From assembly GCA_043825875.1 (NCBI GenBank), contig JBDRRF010000109.1:1-64000 (forward strand): a DNA stretch of 64,000 nt, given 5' to 3'. Position numbers and translations under genes: made by a program. The DNA comes from Pseudomonadota bacterium (GTDB taxonomy: Bacteria; Desulfobacterota; Desulfobacteria; Desulfobacterales; RPRI01). Of the stretch, positions 51,363 through 60,525 are shown one piece after another; position 1 is the stretch's first letter, and every line of letters starts with the position of its first letter. A model generated the notes under the pieces. The model was not told the DNA's origin, made no database searches, and saw only the letters and a program-made list of their open reading frames with translations.

Positions 51363-51378
51363 AGCATAAAGCGGGCCA
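51363..51378 (-). promoter_or_regulatory. sigma54 (-24/-12) promoter of the acd operon
   Basis: Minus strand TGGCCCGCTTTATGCT = GG-N10-GC, 60 bp upstream of the acd ATG; a divergent enhancer-binding protein gene is adjacent. Confidence 0.7.
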
Positions 51379-51539
51379 ATAAATATAATAAAAATATATC
51401 AATAAGTTATATATGAGCACTTGTAAATAATTCCAATATGTTGTAATGTGCTTTCAATATATTGGAATATGTTATAAATACAATCCAATATACCGGAAAT
51501 TATTTAATTTGTATATCAGGAAATGAAAGAGTGATTGAA

Positions 51540-53090
51540 ATGAATATCAATGAGAAAGATTTTTTCCATCAGGCTACAATAAGGATTTGCGGAAATCTTG
51601 AGATAGAACAGGCGATGTTGCATACTTTTGAGTACCTGAAAGATTTTATACCACTGGATGAAATGTGGCTGATTTTGGTAGATAGAAATATAGGTACAAT
51701 AAAAACCATTGCGGGTGCAAATCATGCCGGTGCAAGAATAATGGACAGGCTTATACATGTCCCGGCGAATATAAGAAAGGAGCTTAACGAGTACGATTTT
51801 ACACCCAAAAAAATAACAATTATTAACAGGGCGGAACTTAATCCGCTTGCCTTTAATTTATTAAATGTTTTGGGTTATCCTGATTCATCTTCATTGGTTT
51901 TTTCACTGTCAACCAATACTGACAGAATAAGTGTTTTTGTTATAAGAGCCACAGGAAAAGACCGGTTTTCGGATTCACATGCACGTCTGCTTGCCATGCT
52001 TCACGACCCAATTGCAATTGCCATGTCTAATGCCTTAAAGCATGAAGAATTACTTAAACTCAAAGAAGATGACAACAGGTATCTTGCCCAGGAGCTGCGT
52101 CAATTAACCGGAGAAGAAATCATAGGTGCAGAGTCCGGATTGAAAAATGTTATGGATATGGTTCAGCAAGTGGCAATGAGAGATAATCCTGTATTGCTTT
52201 TAGGTGAAACCGGTGTTGGTAAAGAAGTAATAGCCGATGCTATTCATTATACTTCAAACCGTAAAGACGGCCCTTTTATCAAAGTCAACAGTGGTGCTAT
52301 TCCCGAACACCTTATAGACAGTGAGCTTTTTGGACATGAGAAAGGAGCATTTACCGGAGCGGTGAATCAAAAAAGAGGGCGTTTTGAAAGGGCGAATGGA
52401 GGAACAATTTTTCTTGATGAGATAGGAGACTTGCCCATTCAGGCACAAAGCCGGTTATTACGCGTTCTTCAGCAAAAAGAAATTGAGCGAGTAGGTGGTA
52501 CCAAAACTATTCTTGTTGATACCAGAATTATTGCCGCCACTCACCGTAATTTAGAACAATTGGTTTTTAATAAAAAATTCCGTGAGGATCTTTGGTACAG
52601 GCTAAGTGTTTTTCCTATCCTGATTCCACCATTAAGACAAAGAAAATCAGATATTCCTGCGCTGGTTAAGTATTTTTTGAAACGAAAATCCAAAGAAATG
52701 AATTTTCGTACTTTACCAACGGTTAAGCCCGGGGCAATTGAAAAAATGATTGAATATCCATGGAGCGGAAATGTTCGTGAACTTGAAAATGTAGTAGAAA
52801 GGGCGCTTATCCAATATAGAGGAGGGCAATTAACTTTTGAGCATTTACATTTTCATCCTGTTGAGGAAACATTGCTTCCTTCTTCTACAGATGGAAGGGT
52901 ATTAACCCTAAACGAAATCGATGCCCGCCATATCCGTTTGGTGCTTGAAACAACAAATGGAAGAATTAATGGTAAAGGAGGAGCAGCAGAACTTTTATCT
53001 ATACATCCAAATACTCTTAGGTTCAGGATGGATAAACTTGGGATCAGTTATGGGAAAAAGAATAAGCAAAATTTAAGCCATGCCAAATGA
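51540..53090 (+). CDS. sigma54-dependent activator (GAF-AAA+-HTH, FhlA-like)
   Basis: [28 protein letters not shown] and a C-terminal HTH; ATG 51540 is preferred over TTG 51462. Confidence 0.93.
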   Translation: MNINEKDFFHQATIRICGNLEIEQAMLHTFEYLKDFIPLDEMWLILVDRNIGTIKTIAGANHAGARIMDRLIHVPANIRKELNEYDFTPKKITIINRAELNPLAFNLLNVLGYPDSSSLVFSLSTNTDRISVFVIRATGKDRFSDSHARLLAMLHDPIAIAMSNALKHEELLKLKEDDNRYLAQELRQLTGEEIIGAESGLKNVMDMVQQVAMRDNPVLLLGETGVGKEVIADAIHYTSNRKDGPFIKVNSGAIPEHLIDSELFGHEKGAFTGAVNQKRGRFERANGGTIFLDEIGDLPIQAQSRLLRVLQQKEIERVGGTKTILVDTRIIAATHRNLEQLVFNKKFREDLWYRLSVFPILIPPLRQRKSDIPALVKYFLKRKSKEMNFRTLPTVKPGAIEKMIEYPWSGNVRELENVVERALIQYRGGQLTFEHLHFHPVEETLLPSSTDGRVLTLNEIDARHIRLVLETTNGRINGKGGAAELLSIHPNTLRFRMDKLGISYGKKNKQNLSHAK

Positions 53091-53232
53091 GCCAACACGT
53101 TGGCATTGGACTCCCAAATTCCGTTGTCGTTGGGGGCAAACATACTATAAGTTATTCCAGTATTGACAGCTTCGGAACTTCTTGATATTAATGTAAAATA
53201 TTTATTATTTTGTTATTGCAGGAGATTATCAA

Positions 53233-54396
53233 ATGCATGGGAAACCATTGAGACGCAGCTTTTGTGTGTCCCGAATCGGGAAGTACTGCAACCTTAATAT
53301 TCTACTCTGCTTTTTCTTGTTTTTTCTCTATTGCCTTTCGCCACATTGGGTTGAAGCGAACCCGGTCGTAAACACACCAGGTAATTTGCAGCCCAAAAAG
53401 CTTGTTATCGGCACCAAACAATCGCCACCCTTTGCGTTTAAGGACCAGACGGGTCAATGGAAAGGTATCAGTATCGAACTGTGGGAGGCCATTGCAAAAA
53501 ACCTTAAGTATGATTACGTTTTTAAGGAATATGATCTGCAAGGCTTACTTAATGCTGTTGAAAACAAATCCATTGATGCCGCTGTTGCCGCACTTACCAT
53601 TACTTCCGAGCGTGAAAAACGGTTTGATTTCACCCACCCTTTTCATACCAGCGGTCTTGGCATAGCAGTTTTGCAAGGCAAAGAGAATTCCTGGCTGGTT
53701 GTGTTTAACCGGTTCTTATCCCCGGCTTTTCTGGAAGTTGTTTTGGCGCTTGTCCTGTTACTGTTTGTTGTGGGACTTCTTGTCTGGTTTTTTGAAAGGA
53801 AGAAAAACCGGGAACAATTCGGCGGAAGCTTTCTGGCAGGTATTGGTTCAGGCTTCTGGTGGTCGGCGGTTACCATGACAACGGTTGGATATGGTGACAA
53901 GGCCCCGCGAACCCTCGGAGGCCGACTGGTCGGCCTCGTGTGGATGTTTATAGCCATAATTATTATTTCCAGCTTCACAGCGGCGATCACCTCAACGCTC
54001 ACGGTAAATCAGATTCAGCAACATGTCAGGGGGCCTGAAGATCTTAATCGGGTGAAAGTCGGGTCAATAAAACATTCCACCAGCGCTTCATATCTTAACA
54101 CGCAACGGATTTCTTTTCAGGATTACTCCTCCGTCATGGATGCTTTGCAAGGGCTGGAGGCCGGAGAAGTTGATGCGGTTGTTTATGATGCGCCTATATT
54201 AAGGTATCTGGTAAACCGGAAAATGCAAAACAAGATTCAAGTTTTGAACACCATTTTTGAAAAGCAACAGTACGGGATTGGCCTTCCGACAGCAAGTCCG
54301 CTAAGGGAAAAGATTAACCGGCTGGTGCCTGCGATAATAAGCGATAGAAAATGGCAGGATATTTTATTCCGCTATCTGGGAGAACCGGCTTCTTGA
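53233..54396 (+). CDS. GluR0-like amino-acid-gated K+ channel
   Basis: Periplasmic binding lobes (SPPF...ALTITSER; DAVVYDAP...QYGI) split by TM1-pore-TM2 with the WWSAVTMTTVGYGD filter. Confidence 0.88.
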   Translation: MHGKPLRRSFCVSRIGKYCNLNILLCFFLFFLYCLSPHWVEANPVVNTPGNLQPKKLVIGTKQSPPFAFKDQTGQWKGISIELWEAIAKNLKYDYVFKEYDLQGLLNAVENKSIDAAVAALTITSEREKRFDFTHPFHTSGLGIAVLQGKENSWLVVFNRFLSPAFLEVVLALVLLLFVVGLLVWFFERKKNREQFGGSFLAGIGSGFWWSAVTMTTVGYGDKAPRTLGGRLVGLVWMFIAIIIISSFTAAITSTLTVNQIQQHVRGPEDLNRVKVGSIKHSTSASYLNTQRISFQDYSSVMDALQGLEAGEVDAVVYDAPILRYLVNRKMQNKIQVLNTIFEKQQYGIGLPTASPLREKINRLVPAIISDRKWQDILFRYLGEPAS

Positions 54397-54484
54397 TAAA
54401 GAAATAATAGGGCCTGCATGAAAATCCTTAAGGAGTTCTACTTCTAAATCATTTGGGGTTAGAGAGTTACACCTGATTCTTCCC

Positions 54485-54560
54485 TTATTTGGAAAGCATA
54501 TTATCAGAAAGTTCCTTTTGCCTGGATTCATAAACGGCCTTGCTTATGATACCTTGATCC
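54485..54560 (-). pseudogene. 3' remnant of a SHOCT-domain gene paralogous to 35491-36156
   Basis: QGIISKAVYESRQKELSDNML vs KGLITEAVYESKQKELLDSML; the DNA AGGCCGTTTATGAATCCA is shared. Confidence 0.6.
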
Positions 54561-54799
54561 TGATGGGTGACTGGAGCGGATCGGATCAAACCGACTCTAA
54601 CCATAACAAAGAAATGTCGTATGCGGGGCGGGAGCCAAAACGGTGTCCGAGTGAGTGCAGACTGACACGTCATTTAAAAAAGAAACCATCTTTTTTAATA
54701 CGGGGGGTGTTTTTTCTCTTGACGAACCCTTTAATGGGTGACCCCATTTCTTTATTTGAAAGGCGCGATAGGAGCGTCCTACTCAACGCCCTTGTTGGC

Positions 54800-55177
54800 C
54801 TATGCATGTTTTGGAAAATATTTTACTCCTGGTAGATCCTTAAAATGGGTGTCCAGTGTCCATATATCACATTGATATAATTTTGCAGTGGCAAAAATTA
54901 TGCTATCTGCCATCGGCAATTTATGTATTAGACTCAGCTTGGCAGCACTTAAAGATAGGCTTATGCTAAGTTCGATTACTTTTCCTTTTTGCATTGCAGC
55001 TACTGATTGCAACGCCTCATTCTCTCCGGCTTCACGTAACACGACTTTAAATACTTCATATATGGTAATGATAGGGACAATTAGGGATGAAGCGTCTTCT
55101 AAAGGCATAGAAAATTGTGTTGAATTAGGCCCACCAGAAAAGTATTCCAGCCAACCAGACGAATCGACAATGTTCAT
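54800..55177 (-). CDS. vapC: VapC/PIN-domain toxin
   Basis: MNIVDSSGWLEY, IYEV, LPMADSII and WTLDTHF PIN motifs. Confidence 0.9.
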   Translation of the reverse strand: MNIVDSSGWLEYFSGGPNSTQFSMPLEDASSLIVPIITIYEVFKVVLREAGENEALQSVAAMQKGKVIELSISLSLSAAKLSLIHKLPMADSIIFATAKLYQCDIWTLDTHFKDLPGVKYFPKHA

Positions 55178-55380
55178 AAGCGGTCACTTTCACGCTCGAA
55201 TTCTGTATCAATTCCTTTTATAAACCCACGGAGATCTGAAATATCTCTGTCAGGAATTAATTCGATTCTTCCTTCATACTCGATGACTGTTAATTTTTGT
55301 CCAGGGCGTAATCGCATAGTTTCACGGATTAACTTAGGAATAACCACCTGAAATTTTGGAGAAACTGTTACTGTTTGCAT
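55174..55380 (-). CDS. AbrB/MazE family antitoxin
   Basis: MQTVTVSPKFQVVIPKLIRE...LRPGQKL; overlaps the vapC start; TTGACA promoter-like box upstream. Confidence 0.88.
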   Translation of the reverse strand: MQTVTVSPKFQVVIPKLIRETMRLRPGQKLTVIEYEGRIELIPDRDISDLRGFIKGIDTEFERESDRL

Positions 55381-55450
55381 GATTGCACCTCGATCGATTT
55401 GGTTTTTGTAATACATTATCATGATCGATAGGGTCTTGTCAATTTCAAGA

Positions 55451-55499
55451 GGCCAACAAGGCAGTTGAGCAGCTCGCCTGCTCAACTGCCTTGTTGGAT
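55451..55499 (-). other. attC-like perfect hairpin providing the core of the TA cassette
   Basis: CCAACAAGGCAGTTGAGCAG-CTCGC-CTGCTCAACTGCCTTGTTGG; core GTTGGCC matches inverse core GGCCAAC at 54794-54800. Confidence 0.65.
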
Positions 55500-55570
55500 G
55501 ATATGGTTTCAAAAATGGGGCAGTAAATTACCGTCTATTTGAGAAACGTATAAAAGCATAGACGTTACTA

Positions 55571-55816
55571 CCCAGGCTTTTCTGGATATTGTTCTGGCGT
55601 TTGTCCTGTTACTGTTTGTTGTGGGACTTATGGTCTGGTTTTTTGAAAAAAAGAAAAACCAGGAACAATTCGGCGGCAGCTTTCTGGCAGGGTATTTTGT
55701 TCCGCTATCTGGGAGAACCGGCTTCCTGATAAAGGAATAATAGGGCCTGCATGAAAATCCTTAAGCGAGATCTACTTCTAAATTATTTGGAGTTAAAGAG
55801 TTACACCTGATTCTTC
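55571..55816 (+). pseudogene. internally deleted partial duplicate of the GluR0-like gene and its 3' flank
   Basis: Matches ~53721-53844 joined to ~54352-54482. Confidence 0.85.
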
Positions 55817-55833
55817 GATTCTGCATATTTTAA

Positions 55834-56373
55834 TTAGGAAATTATCTTCAACAGAGTAGAATTTTCAGGTACATCACCCACATTTTTCCCATAGTAGGCA
55901 TAGCGGATGATTCTATCGGTATCCACCAGAAAAACCGCGGGCAACTGTTTCTCCCGACCTTCGTATTTACCATGCCCATATCCCAGTTTATTAGAAGCCA
56001 GCCCTTTTCTAATAACATTTGGCGTTAAATAACGAAAAATAGACCCAACCTTGACACCGTATTGTTCAAAAATCTCCGCTTTAGGATCACAGACGACGGT
56101 TAATGGCATTTCTTTCTGCTCTTTCTGATCTCTCATTACTTCCGGTGCGCTCTGCAAAACAGCTACAGGCCTTACTCCGTGTGCTTCAAACTGATCCAAA
56201 TCCCGGATCAGCTCATCGATTTTCATCCGGCATAGTGGACAGCCGATATATCTTAGAAACAATAAAAAAACTTTGCTCTGTTCAAGCATATTGTAAAAAC
56301 TATTATTTTCATTCCAAGGGGTCTCAAAAGAAAAATCCGGGGCTGTATCTCCGATCGAAAACAGGCCGTTCAT
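55834..56373 (-). CDS. AhpC/TSA peroxiredoxin-like (thioredoxin-fold) protein
   Basis: GDTAPDF, FLRYIGCPLC, CDP and PAVFLVD motifs. Confidence 0.82.
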   Translation of the reverse strand: MNGLFSIGDTAPDFSFETPWNENNSFYNMLEQSKVFLLFLRYIGCPLCRMKIDELIRDLDQFEAHGVRPVAVLQSAPEVMRDQKEQKEMPLTVVCDPKAEIFEQYGVKVGSIFRYLTPNVIRKGLASNKLGYGHGKYEGREKQLPAVFLVDTDRIIRYAYYGKNVGDVPENSTLLKIIS

Positions 56374-56637
56374 AGCGTTCTCCCTATATAGTTGAAAAAG
56401 TATTGATAAAAACTTAGGCAATATTAATCTGCTATCAATGTAACCATATCAGACATCTGGAAATTATATCCTTAGCGTTCCAGATATATTTTCATCTTAC
56501 ATCTTAACTTAAAAAATGGAGAAGAACCGTCTTTGCCCTTTTTTATATTTAAAATTACCTTCTGTAATCTCCTGAATATATTTAACACCGGAAATAGTAT
56601 TTAAAGAAATGTTTCTTTGACCCCAATTGTTCTCTCA

Positions 56638-57549
56638 TTATCGCGGCATCCAAAGTGGAGTTGTAAAGAAGATTATCAATTGAAATGGCGATGTAGCTGC
56701 ATCAACAATGATTGCTAATGGAGTTCCAAATATTCTAGCAGGGAGTGAATGTTTAAAACTTCTTCTCCATTCAGATTCCAAGCGATAAATAATGATAGTG
56801 ATAGGCATTTTTTCCTGTGGTAATATTGGTGACCATTCTGAAAAATTATATTCCTCTAAAATACTTCCTTCTGGCTTATAGCAACATATGGAATAATAAT
56901 ATGGGGATTTATCGGGAATACTTTCGGGAAGATTAGAATGAAGTTTCGCATATGGGCTTATTTTCACGAATGGCGGAATTTCATTTAAATGCTTATACGC
57001 TATTGTCATTTGCCGGATTACTGCATCTGAATAGAATTGATTTGCTTTTTTTCGTAGCTTAAATGAGACGTTTAACTCCCATAAATCATTATTATCATAA
57101 TTGACTGCATAAAGAAACATCGGGTCCATTGCCAGCTCTAAATATTTTATGGTCTCATTTAATATATTTGTTCCGGCAGTTTTTCCTTTATAGTAGCTAT
57201 TATCTTTTATAACAAGAAAGCCACTTGAAATCCCGATGAAGTTTTTTTTGGCCTTTTTTATATCGCTTTTTTGAAGATGAAATGGAATACATATCTTCTT
57301 ATAAGCCTTCCATTTGCCTTCATCGTATATGCTATCGAAAGTCATGTAAATTTGTTCAGCTTCTCCTGCAATCGCTTCAATGGCGCGATAATCAGTAGAA
57401 CTTTTACCATCCCATAATGCCATTGTAGCGCATCCATTTAGAAAGAGACTTATTAAAATGATCAAAATGGTGCTGGCTTTCTTTTTCAAGTATATATTTA
57501 TAATGCCTCGCATTATTGTCCTTATAGGAGGTAATATTATGAAGTTCAA
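56638..57549 (-). CDS. hypothetical lipoprotein
   Basis: LNGC lipobox; C-terminal TPLAIIVDAATSPFQ; start position uncertain. Confidence 0.55.
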   Translation of the reverse strand: MNFIILPPIRTIMRGIINIYLKKKASTILIILISLFLNGCATMALWDGKSSTDYRAIEAIAGEAEQIYMTFDSIYDEGKWKAYKKICIPFHLQKSDIKKAKKNFIGISSGFLVIKDNSYYKGKTAGTNILNETIKYLELAMDPMFLYAVNYDNNDLWELNVSFKLRKKANQFYSDAVIRQMTIAYKHLNEIPPFVKISPYAKLHSNLPESIPDKSPYYYSICCYKPEGSILEEYNFSEWSPILPQEKMPITIIIYRLESEWRRSFKHSLPARIFGTPLAIIVDAATSPFQLIIFFTTPLWMPR

Positions 57550-57925
57550 CGAGATAGCAGAAAAAACCTCAATCCAATTCCAGCAACATCAATATTTATA
57601 GAAACTCAATAGCTTGCGATACCCGATATGATTTATTCCTTCTATCTTTTCTCTTTTCTTTAATTTCCTCCATAGTAGTTTGCCCAGAAAGGCATCTGAT
57701 AGAAACTGTATAACTAAAGAATGTCCCCGAAATCCCCCCCAGACTAAAACCAAGCCTGATGACCGAGAAAGCTTTCAACGAAGAAAACCACCCTAAAGGC
57801 CGATGCCTTTATTCATAAATCAAATGTTCAAAAAGCAAAAGAGCAAAAAATAAGCTCCAAGTGACGGAGAATAAAGACAGCAAAAAAGTTGGTACAGTAC
57901 CAATTAAACCCTGATGTTGATACTT

Positions 57926-57985
57926 TTGTAACGCTGCTATTCAGCCACGCGGCTTTTTGCGTCGGCTGAAATAGCCTTGTTAGCT
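57926..57985 (-). other. attC site (60 bp)
   Basis: Minus strand AGCTAAC-AAGGC-TATTTCAGCCGACGC...GCGTGGCTGAATA-GCAGC-GTTACAA. Confidence 0.85.
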
Positions 57986-57989
57986 GTCC

Positions 57990-58604
57990 TTAAAGATTCT
58001 TTCTACGTGCATAGTCAAGTTTTGCATGCTGTGCATCAGTGAGTTCATTTTCAAAAGGCTCAAGCAATTGCACGACCAGTTTATAATTACGCATGGAAAA
58101 TGCTGCATATGCTTCAGAAATTGTCTGTTCAAAATTTCTCAGTTTTTTTCTTTCCATGTGAATTTCAAATAGCTTAGATTTAAATTGTTTATTTCGATTT
58201 AAGGCTTTTTCATAAGCCTCCTGGAATTCTTGAGAGTCATCGGTAAAAACTTGGTTGGTAGAACTGTTTTTTTTGGCTTTATCGTTAAGAACACTCGGAT
58301 GATATAAGCGCTGAGCATCTCGTGTTCTATAACCAAATTTTCGACCTGCCTCAGGGTTTTCTGTATCGACAATTGTGCCTTGATGCCAATTAATAGACGA
58401 AATTGATTGGTCAACAACGATGGTCGACACGGGTCCTTTCCTTACCTCAAGAACAGTGAACCAGAAATCATGATGAGTTTCGAATAAACAAAACTTATCT
58501 CCCGCCTTCAAAGAGCCAGACACCAATTGAATGTCAAACTCTGGATGGTGATCAAAGTCCTTAATTATTTTTGGACGAGAAAAAAGTATTTTAAATATTG
58601 CCAT
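57990..58604 (-). CDS. hypothetical protein (cassette)
   Basis: Bounded by core GTTAGCT and perfectly matching inverse core AGCTAAC. Confidence 0.7.
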   Translation of the reverse strand: MAIFKILFSRPKIIKDFDHHPEFDIQLVSGSLKAGDKFCLFETHHDFWFTVLEVRKGPVSTIVVDQSISSINWHQGTIVDTENPEAGRKFGYRTRDAQRLYHPSVLNDKAKKNSSTNQVFTDDSQEFQEAYEKALNRNKQFKSKLFEIHMERKKLRNFEQTISEAYAAFSMRNYKLVVQLLEPFENELTDAQHAKLDYARRKNL

Positions 58605-58620
58605 GGATTATTTCTTATAC

Positions 58621-58707
58621 AGCTAACGGCGAAAATAACCCACGCCGCCGCCGTTATGTGGACTAAGCCCGTATTTACTCGGCGTTGGGTTAATTGATTT
58701 GTTGTGC
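58621..58707 (-). other. attC site (87 bp)
   Basis: Plus strand AGCTAAC-GGCGAA-AATAACCCACGCCG...CGGCGTTGGGTTAATT-GATTT-GTTGTGC. Confidence 0.85.
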
Positions 58708-58772
58708 TGTTTATCAAAACTAAAAAACGAACTAATACTTACCTCTATTAAACATTTCATCAGAGCCAACTA

Positions 58773-59417
58773 TCACTTCTTTCTATTATCCAATAACTTC
58801 AATATTTCTTCTCTCGCAGCATGAGCATCTGGACTATTAATAACTGATAAAATGGTGTCAGCTTCTTTTTTCAAGCCGTTTTTGGAAGCTTTTTGTAGAT
58901 ATGCCTTTGCCAGCTCCGTATTCTTTTCAGTGCCATACCCAAGAAAAAGCATTGTTCCATATTTTAATTGAGACTGTTTCATACCTTGATCTGCAGATAA
59001 TTTATACCAATTAGCTGATACTTTCAAATCATGCTTGGGAAAATCTTTCCTCATATAAAGTCCACCTAAACCAAAGCAACCGGCACTCCGTGCTGTTTGA
59101 TTAGATTGATCATTAACAGCTTCCGTATAAAGTTTTTCAGCCAAGTCAAAATCCTGCTGAACATACAAACCATCTTCATACAATGACGCAAGCATTGCTT
59201 TTGCGTAAATATTTCCTTTACTTGCAAGTTCAGAACAAGTTCTATATGCCTTTTCATACTCTTTAGATTCATAATATGAAATACAGGGAAGGCAATCTTT
59301 GGCATCATTAGGCTTAACTATTGATTTATATAGTTTAAATCCAGAAAGCATCGCCAATAAAACCATGCAAATTATTGTTATTTTACTTTTATGAGGCTGA
59401 TTTTTATCTGTTACCAT
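58773..59417 (-). CDS. Sel1-repeat (TPR-like) protein (cassette)
   Basis: LASLYEDGLYVQQDF, WYKLSADQG and GYGTEKN repeats. Confidence 0.85.
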   Translation of the reverse strand: MVTDKNQPHKSKITIICMVLLAMLSGFKLYKSIVKPNDAKDCLPCISYYESKEYEKAYRTCSELASKGNIYAKAMLASLYEDGLYVQQDFDLAEKLYTEAVNDQSNQTARSAGCFGLGGLYMRKDFPKHDLKVSANWYKLSADQGMKQSQLKYGTMLFLGYGTEKNTELAKAYLQKASKNGLKKEADTILSVINSPDAHAAREEILKLLDNRKK

Positions 59418-59482
59418 CTCGTTTCCTTGTTTGGTTTTTTATCAGATTAATCTGTTTGTAAACTTTTATTTATATCTTTTAG

Positions 59483-59614
59483 GCATAACGCTCCGCTTCA
59501 GCAGCTGGCGGAATTTTAGTAATAAAGTTGAAAAACAAGACCATTTTCAGAAAGGCACCTAAACTTAACAGAACCTCCGCGATAAGCCAGTCTGACTGAA
59601 AGCGGTTGTTCTAC
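59483..59614 (-). other. attC site (132 bp)
   Basis: GCATAAC-GCTCCGCTTCAGCAGCTGGC...GCCAGTCTGACTGAAAGCGGTT-GTTCTAC. Confidence 0.85.
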
Positions 59615-59622
59615 TTTCACCT

Positions 59623-59946
59623 TTAGGTACCACATGCCGCACATAATTTTGCCTTAGGAGTCCGTAACGGTTTTCCACATTTACTACAAGGCGGGCCATA
59701 AAGTGAAAGTCTATGATGATACAAAGCTAAATGATCTGTTTCTTTGTAGCCGGTAATTTCAAAATATTTTCTACATGCTTCATTCCCTACCGCATTCTGT
59801 GCTTCTTTAAGGGAACAATTATTGTTTTTTCTATAATCCTTAATTTGTTGAATCATATTTGTTAAAAGAGGAGAGACAAGATTCCATTCATCCTCATCGA
59901 GCATCGGAATTATTTCTTTGCATCGCCAACAGTATAAATTTTCCAT
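59623..59946 (-). CDS. small Cys-rich (zinc-finger-like) hypothetical protein (cassette)
   Basis: CWRC...YGPPCSKCGKPLRTPKAKLCAAC; core GTTCTAC matches inverse core GTAGAAC. Confidence 0.75.
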   Translation of the reverse strand: MENLYCWRCKEIIPMLDEDEWNLVSPLLTNMIQQIKDYRKNNNCSLKEAQNAVGNEACRKYFEITGYKETDHLALYHHRLSLYGPPCSKCGKPLRTPKAKLCAACGT

Positions 59947-59962
59947 CGTATTAGCTCATGAA

Positions 59963-60088
59963 GTAGAACGCTGCGGTCAGGGGCAGCAAGGGCTTCCACT
60001 GACCTTTGTAAATGTGAAACAGAGTACCATCGCACTGATTTTGGAAGCGGCCCGGCCCTTGCTGTCCCTCTGAACTGCAAGGTTATAA
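59963..60088 (-). other. attC site (126 bp)
   Basis: GTAGAAC-GCTGCGGTCAGGGGCAGCAAGGGC...GCCCTTGCTGTCCCTCTGAACTGCAAG-GTTATAA. Confidence 0.85.
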
Positions 60089-60091
60089 TCG

Positions 60092-60433
60092 TTATCTGAA
60101 TTTTCCATATTGATTTTTCCATATATCGGCCACTTCCAAAAAGCTGCTGTAGCCCCTTTCCCTGATAAACAGAGTGGCTTCTTGATATTTCTTATATTTA
60201 TAGCTCTTTTTACCGTAAAATCCTTGAATTGTATCGCATGTGGAATAAGCGGCACAATCTGCACATGTGTTTAGCCCTTTCTTAATGCAACAAACTTTCA
60301 TCTTGCACTTGGCTTTTTCTATTTCTCTTTTACCATTCTCATAGCCAATCTTGCACCCTTGGCACCTCGAATTCCTGAACTCAGGGCATGTTTTACAATA
60401 TGCTCCACAACATCCAATCTCTAAAATCGACAT
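60092..60433 (-). CDS. DUF3795 family protein (cassette)
   Basis: GCCGAYCKTC...CQGC...CKMKVCC...CADC. Confidence 0.8.
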   Translation of the reverse strand: MSILEIGCCGAYCKTCPEFRNSRCQGCKIGYENGKREIEKAKCKMKVCCIKKGLNTCADCAAYSTCDTIQGFYGKKSYKYKKYQEATLFIRERGYSSFLEVADIWKNQYGKFR

Positions 60434-60467
60434 TCTTTACTTCTCACGTTGGTTTTAATCTACACGA

Positions 60468-60525
60468 CTATAACGACGAAATCAGCGGGGAGCGTAGCGA
60501 GTCCGCTGTATTGATTTTGTTAGCC
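60468..60525 (-). other. attC site (58 bp)
   Basis: CTATAAC-GACGAA-ATCAGCGG...CCGCTGTAT-TGATTTT-GTTAGCC; the upstream gene's TAA lies in the inverse core. Confidence 0.85.
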
